Origin: Gemmatimonadota bacterium
GTDB taxonomy: Bacteria > Gemmatimonadota > Gemmatimonadetes > Longimicrobiales > Gaopeijiaceae
NCBI GenBank assembly: GCA_039589315.1
Contig: JBDHHQ010000077.1
Location: forward strand, 1 to 20,379
Direction: 5' to 3'
DNA: 20,379 bases
Positions 17,381 to 20,379 of the stretch are shown here, piece by piece; positions within the stretch are counted from its first letter, which is position 1; each line of letters starts with the position of its first letter. The notes under the pieces are model-generated. The model was not told the origin of the DNA, made no database searches, and was given only the letters and a program-made list of their open reading frames with translations. A program made the translations under genes and the position numbers.

Positions 17381-17469
17381 CCCGCACTCCAGTGATGCAT
17401 CCCGGCGATTAGCAGGGGGCCTTCGCATATCCAGCGTCGACAGGGTAGCGCTCGCGAGGAGAACGCGCC

Positions 17470-17829
17470 TCAGTCGAGCTCCAGCCAGCGCCGTGCCTCA
17501 TCCATGTCGCGAAAGATCCGCACCTCGTCCGAGGGCTCCCGGAACACCCCGAACTGACGTACCAGGCCGTAATGTACGTCCTGGGCAACGACAAACGCCC
17601 GCCGTACCCCCTTGAGAGGCGAGGCTTGCGCGAGTGTTCGCACGTCCCCGGTAGCCACGTCCACGTGGGTGAGCCCCCGGAGGTCCAACAACTGCGACAG
17701 ATTCGGCTCGAAGGCCGAATCCGCCGCCATCGCGTCCTGGAGCCGCCGCATCTCCTCTGTCTTCAGCTGCCCTTCGAGGATCACGACGATCGTCCGTGAG
17801 CGCGCGTCGATTTCGTACGAGATAGGCAT
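17470..17829 (-). CDS. Small SpoIIAA/STAS-SEC14-like hypothetical protein
   Basis: 119 aa: MPISYEID, LLDLR, RRAFVV, YGLVRQF, RIFRDMDEARRWL. Confidence 0.75.
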   Translation of the reverse strand: MPISYEIDARSRTIVVILEGQLKTEEMRRLQDAMAADSAFEPNLSQLLDLRGLTHVDVATGDVRTLAQASPLKGVRRAFVVAQDVHYGLVRQFGVFREPSDEVRIFRDMDEARRWLELD

Positions 17830-18022
17830 CGAGCCAGAATACAGAAGGTCGGTGAGAAGCGCGAGACTTGGCAGGATTCACAGGCGGCGGCGCCCCGACG
17901 GTAGCCGCGAACCCATGCCCCGCTCTCACGCGTGAGTAGCCGACCTCGTCTCTGCGCTAGCTCCGCGGCTGCCTCAGCTTTTCGCAGGTACTCCTCAGCA
18001 CCTGTAGCGGCAGTCCCGTCTC

Positions 18023-20379
18023 TTACGTTCCTGAAACCCGAGCCAGCCCTTCGCGGGCTCGCTCCAGCTGCGGAAGTCCTTCGTCGGCCTCCGCCCACGA
18101 CTCGATGAACCGCTCGTATGCGGTCCGCGCTTCGTCGGTGCGCCCCAGCTCTTCGTACATCTCGGCTCTGGGCAGGAGGCTCCAGGCCTCGGTGTAGTCG
18201 ATTCCGGCCCAGCCCAGGGACTCCCCGTACCGGAGCGCTTCTTCCACCTTGCCCTGGGCGCGTAGGACCTCCATCTGTCGCCACCGGATCAACTCGCTGG
18301 GCAGCGCGGGCCAGTCGACGACGGCGTACAATGGTCGGGCTTCGTCGAGTCGGGCGAACGCCTCATCGAGTCGGCCGGCCGCCAGGTGGCCGTATCCCTC
18401 CAGCGCGGCTGCGGCACCGCGGCGCAGCCGAGCGCCGACCGACCCCGGTCGCTCCGCCTCGACGCTGTCCGCAGCCTGCCGGAGCTCGGCGATGGCGGAT
18501 CGGTGACCCGCCGGGTCCCCGTCCTGAAGCGCCACGAAGCCCTCGGCGTATACGCACGAAACCGCGGCCAAGCCGCCGTCGCATCCGGGCGCCCGGAGGG
18601 CCTCGGCGACCCTGGGATCGGCCGCCGGACCGATGGCCTCGAAGTCCACGAGGACCAAACGGCGCGTCGACTCCTCGATGTCTGCGGCGAGGAGCTCGTC
18701 CACGGCCTCGGACATTCGACCCATAGCGGCCAACGCCGCGTAGATCATGTACGTCGCCTGCCTCTTGTCTGTCGAGCTAGTGGCCCGCCGGAGGGACTCA
18801 CGCCCGATCAACAGCCGAGGGCGCAGCGCGACCGGAGCGTACGCGATCGTGTTGGCAGAGTAGTCGGAGATGGACTCGGCATCCCAGGAGCCGAGCGAAG
18901 CCTCGGCTTGGGACCGGACGGCCGGCTCGCCGAGGGTCAGGTCGAACACCTGCCGCATTCCCTGGAGCCGGGGGGTGTCTCCTCCCGCGACCCGGCTGTA
19001 CGCTTCGATCAGCTCCCGGGCCCGGGTCGTATCGGCCCGCGCGATCGCGATCGCTACGGGGTGGATGTAGAGGGGGGCGAACGACGGATCGAGCTCGATC
19101 GCACGCGCCAGCGCCTCCTCCTGATCCCTCAGGGAGACCAGGAAGGCCCCGGAGTAGTGGTGAACCACCTCGGAATAGACCTCGGCGGCCTTCGGATCGT
19201 CGGGATACCGGCGGGTGGCTGCCTCGGCCAGCTCGAGGACGTTCGGTGCCGCGGTGTTCAACGCGTGATTGACCCGAAGGAGGATCCTGTCCCGCTCTGG
19301 CAACCGGTCGCCGAACCGCTCGGCCGCCGCGTACCCCTCCTCTCCTCGCGCGCTGCCGATCGAAACCGCCCAACCCGCAATGTCGCCGATGCGGAGATGA
19401 GCGAGCGCGAACGTCGAGTCTTCCCTCACCGCCCGCTCGTACGCTTCCATGGCGGCGTCGAAATCGGACCGGCGAGCGAGCGCCTCGCCTTCCAGGTAGG
19501 CGCGGAGCGCAGGTAGCGAGTTCGTGGTGATGCTCGCAGTGTTGGGGATGGGCGGCAGGTCTCCCCCGCCCTGCGCGAGCACCTCCCGCGTGACCTCGAT
19601 CGACAGTCCGTCGACCAGGTCCATGACGTCGTCGGGCGTACCCCGAACCGACCCCGATCCCACCTCCTCGCCGCTGGTCAAGTCGTACAGGTCGGCGCTC
19701 AACTGCATGGAGCCGCCGGTGGACACCGCGCTCCCCACGAGGGCGAATCGGGCCCCGGTCCGGCGTGCGACCTCCAGGATCTTCCCCAGGTCGGGCTCCT
19801 CGCCCTCGCGCACTTCGTCGCGCCAGCGAGACATGACCGTGCGCGCGTCGATCGCACGGAGCCCGCCCGCACCGTCGAGGTTGGTCGACAGCAGATCCAC
19901 GAGCCCCTCGTGCCACACCTCGAAGTCCGCTCCACTCGTGGCGAACGGCATCACGGCCAACCCCTCGCCCACGCCGTCCGCGACGGCTTCGGCAGGGAGA
20001 AAGGCTCGCCCCCGGTCGCTCAACAGGACGTAGAGCCCCGCGAGTCCGAACAAGAACCAGAACGCGACCACCCCACCCAGGATGGAGCGGCCCCAAGTCA
20101 GGTGGGGAAGCCTCCCCTGGGCCAGGCTCCGCCCGATGTCCCTCGGGGCGATCTCCCAGTCGCTCGGAACCTCACCCGCCTCCTCGCGCGCCGTCGTGAC
20201 CGGATTCCCCTGCACCCAGGCGGTCGCGAGGATGATCACGAGACCAATCCCCAGCAACAACATCGCCACCGGCAGGAGCCACTCGGGCAGGGCGAACGCA
20301 TCCTGGAGGAGCTCGGCGACCTGCAGGATCACCCAGCTCACGCCCAGGTAGATCACGAAGGCCTGGAAGAGCCGGGCGG
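18023..20379 (-). CDS. Membrane-anchored TolB-N-like/TPR protein; start lies beyond the window
   Basis: Frame is open to the window edge (ARLFQAFVIYLGVSWVILQ); three TM segments; LAVMPF domain; TPR-like helices (ALRAYLEG, DSTFALAH, AIELDPSFA, LGRTDEARTAYERF). Confidence 0.85.
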   Translation of the reverse strand, partial: ARLFQAFVIYLGVSWVILQVAELLQDAFALPEWLLPVAMLLLGIGLVIILATAWVQGNPVTTAREEAGEVPSDWEIAPRDIGRSLAQGRLPHLTWGRSILGGVVAFWFLFGLAGLYVLLSDRGRAFLPAEAVADGVGEGLAVMPFATSGADFEVWHEGLVDLLSTNLDGAGGLRAIDARTVMSRWRDEVREGEEPDLGKILEVARRTGARFALVGSAVSTGGSMQLSADLYDLTSGEEVGSGSVRGTPDDVMDLVDGLSIEVTREVLAQGGGDLPPIPNTASITTNSLPALRAYLEGEALARRSDFDAAMEAYERAVREDSTFALAHLRIGDIAGWAVSIGSARGEEGYAAAERFGDRLPERDRILLRVNHALNTAAPNVLELAEAATRRYPDDPKAAEVYSEVVHHYSGAFLVSLRDQEEALARAIELDPSFAPLYIHPVAIAIARADTTRARELIEAYSRVAGGDTPRLQGMRQVFDLTLGEPAVRSQAEASLGSWDAESISDYSANTIAYAPVALRPRLLIGRESLRRATSSTDKRQATYMIYAALAAMGRMSEAVDELLAADIEESTRRLVLVDFEAIGPAADPRVAEALRAPGCDGGLAAVSCVYAEGFVALQDGDPAGHRSAIAELRQAADSVEAERPGSVGARLRRGAAAALEGYGHLAAGRLDEAFARLDEARPLYAVVDWPALPSELIRWRQMEVLRAQGKVEEALRYGESLGWAGIDYTEAWSLLPRAEMYEELGRTDEARTAYERFIESWAEADEGLPQLERAREGLARVSGT

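Noticed and set aside
17930..18010. Minus-strand peptide AEEYLRKAEAAAELAQRRG as a HEPN-like remnant
   Set aside because: Generic helical composition, no start signal and no diagnostic motif.

Overview
GC-rich bacterial window; the gene types suggest Gemmatimonadota (inference from tandem Ig-like lipoprotein, membrane-anchored TolB-like/TPR protein, DUF3604 and secreted amidohydrolase). It opens inside a minus-strand group IIC intron whose 5' end (GTGCG at 189) lies just downstream of a terminator-like hairpin. A minus-strand run follows: alpha/beta-hydrolase lipoprotein, secreted amidohydrolase, beta-barrel protein plus six-Ig-domain lipoprotein, B12-binding radical SAM, DUF3604 protein and DEAD-box helicase. 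The plus strand then carries a secreted protein with a LytS/LytTR two-component system and an Xre/MbcA-like antitoxin plus RES toxin pair. That pair has a 17-bp tandem repeat over its promoter, a possible CTG toxin start and a Glu-to-Gln change in the RES triad. The window ends with a small SpoIIAA-like gene and a 5'-incomplete TPR protein. Several intergenic gaps hold gene remnants: HigA, an Ig-domain tail, a GIY-YIG N-terminus, a decayed cysE and an IS91-like transposase motif. All family calls come from reading motifs by eye; no searches were run.
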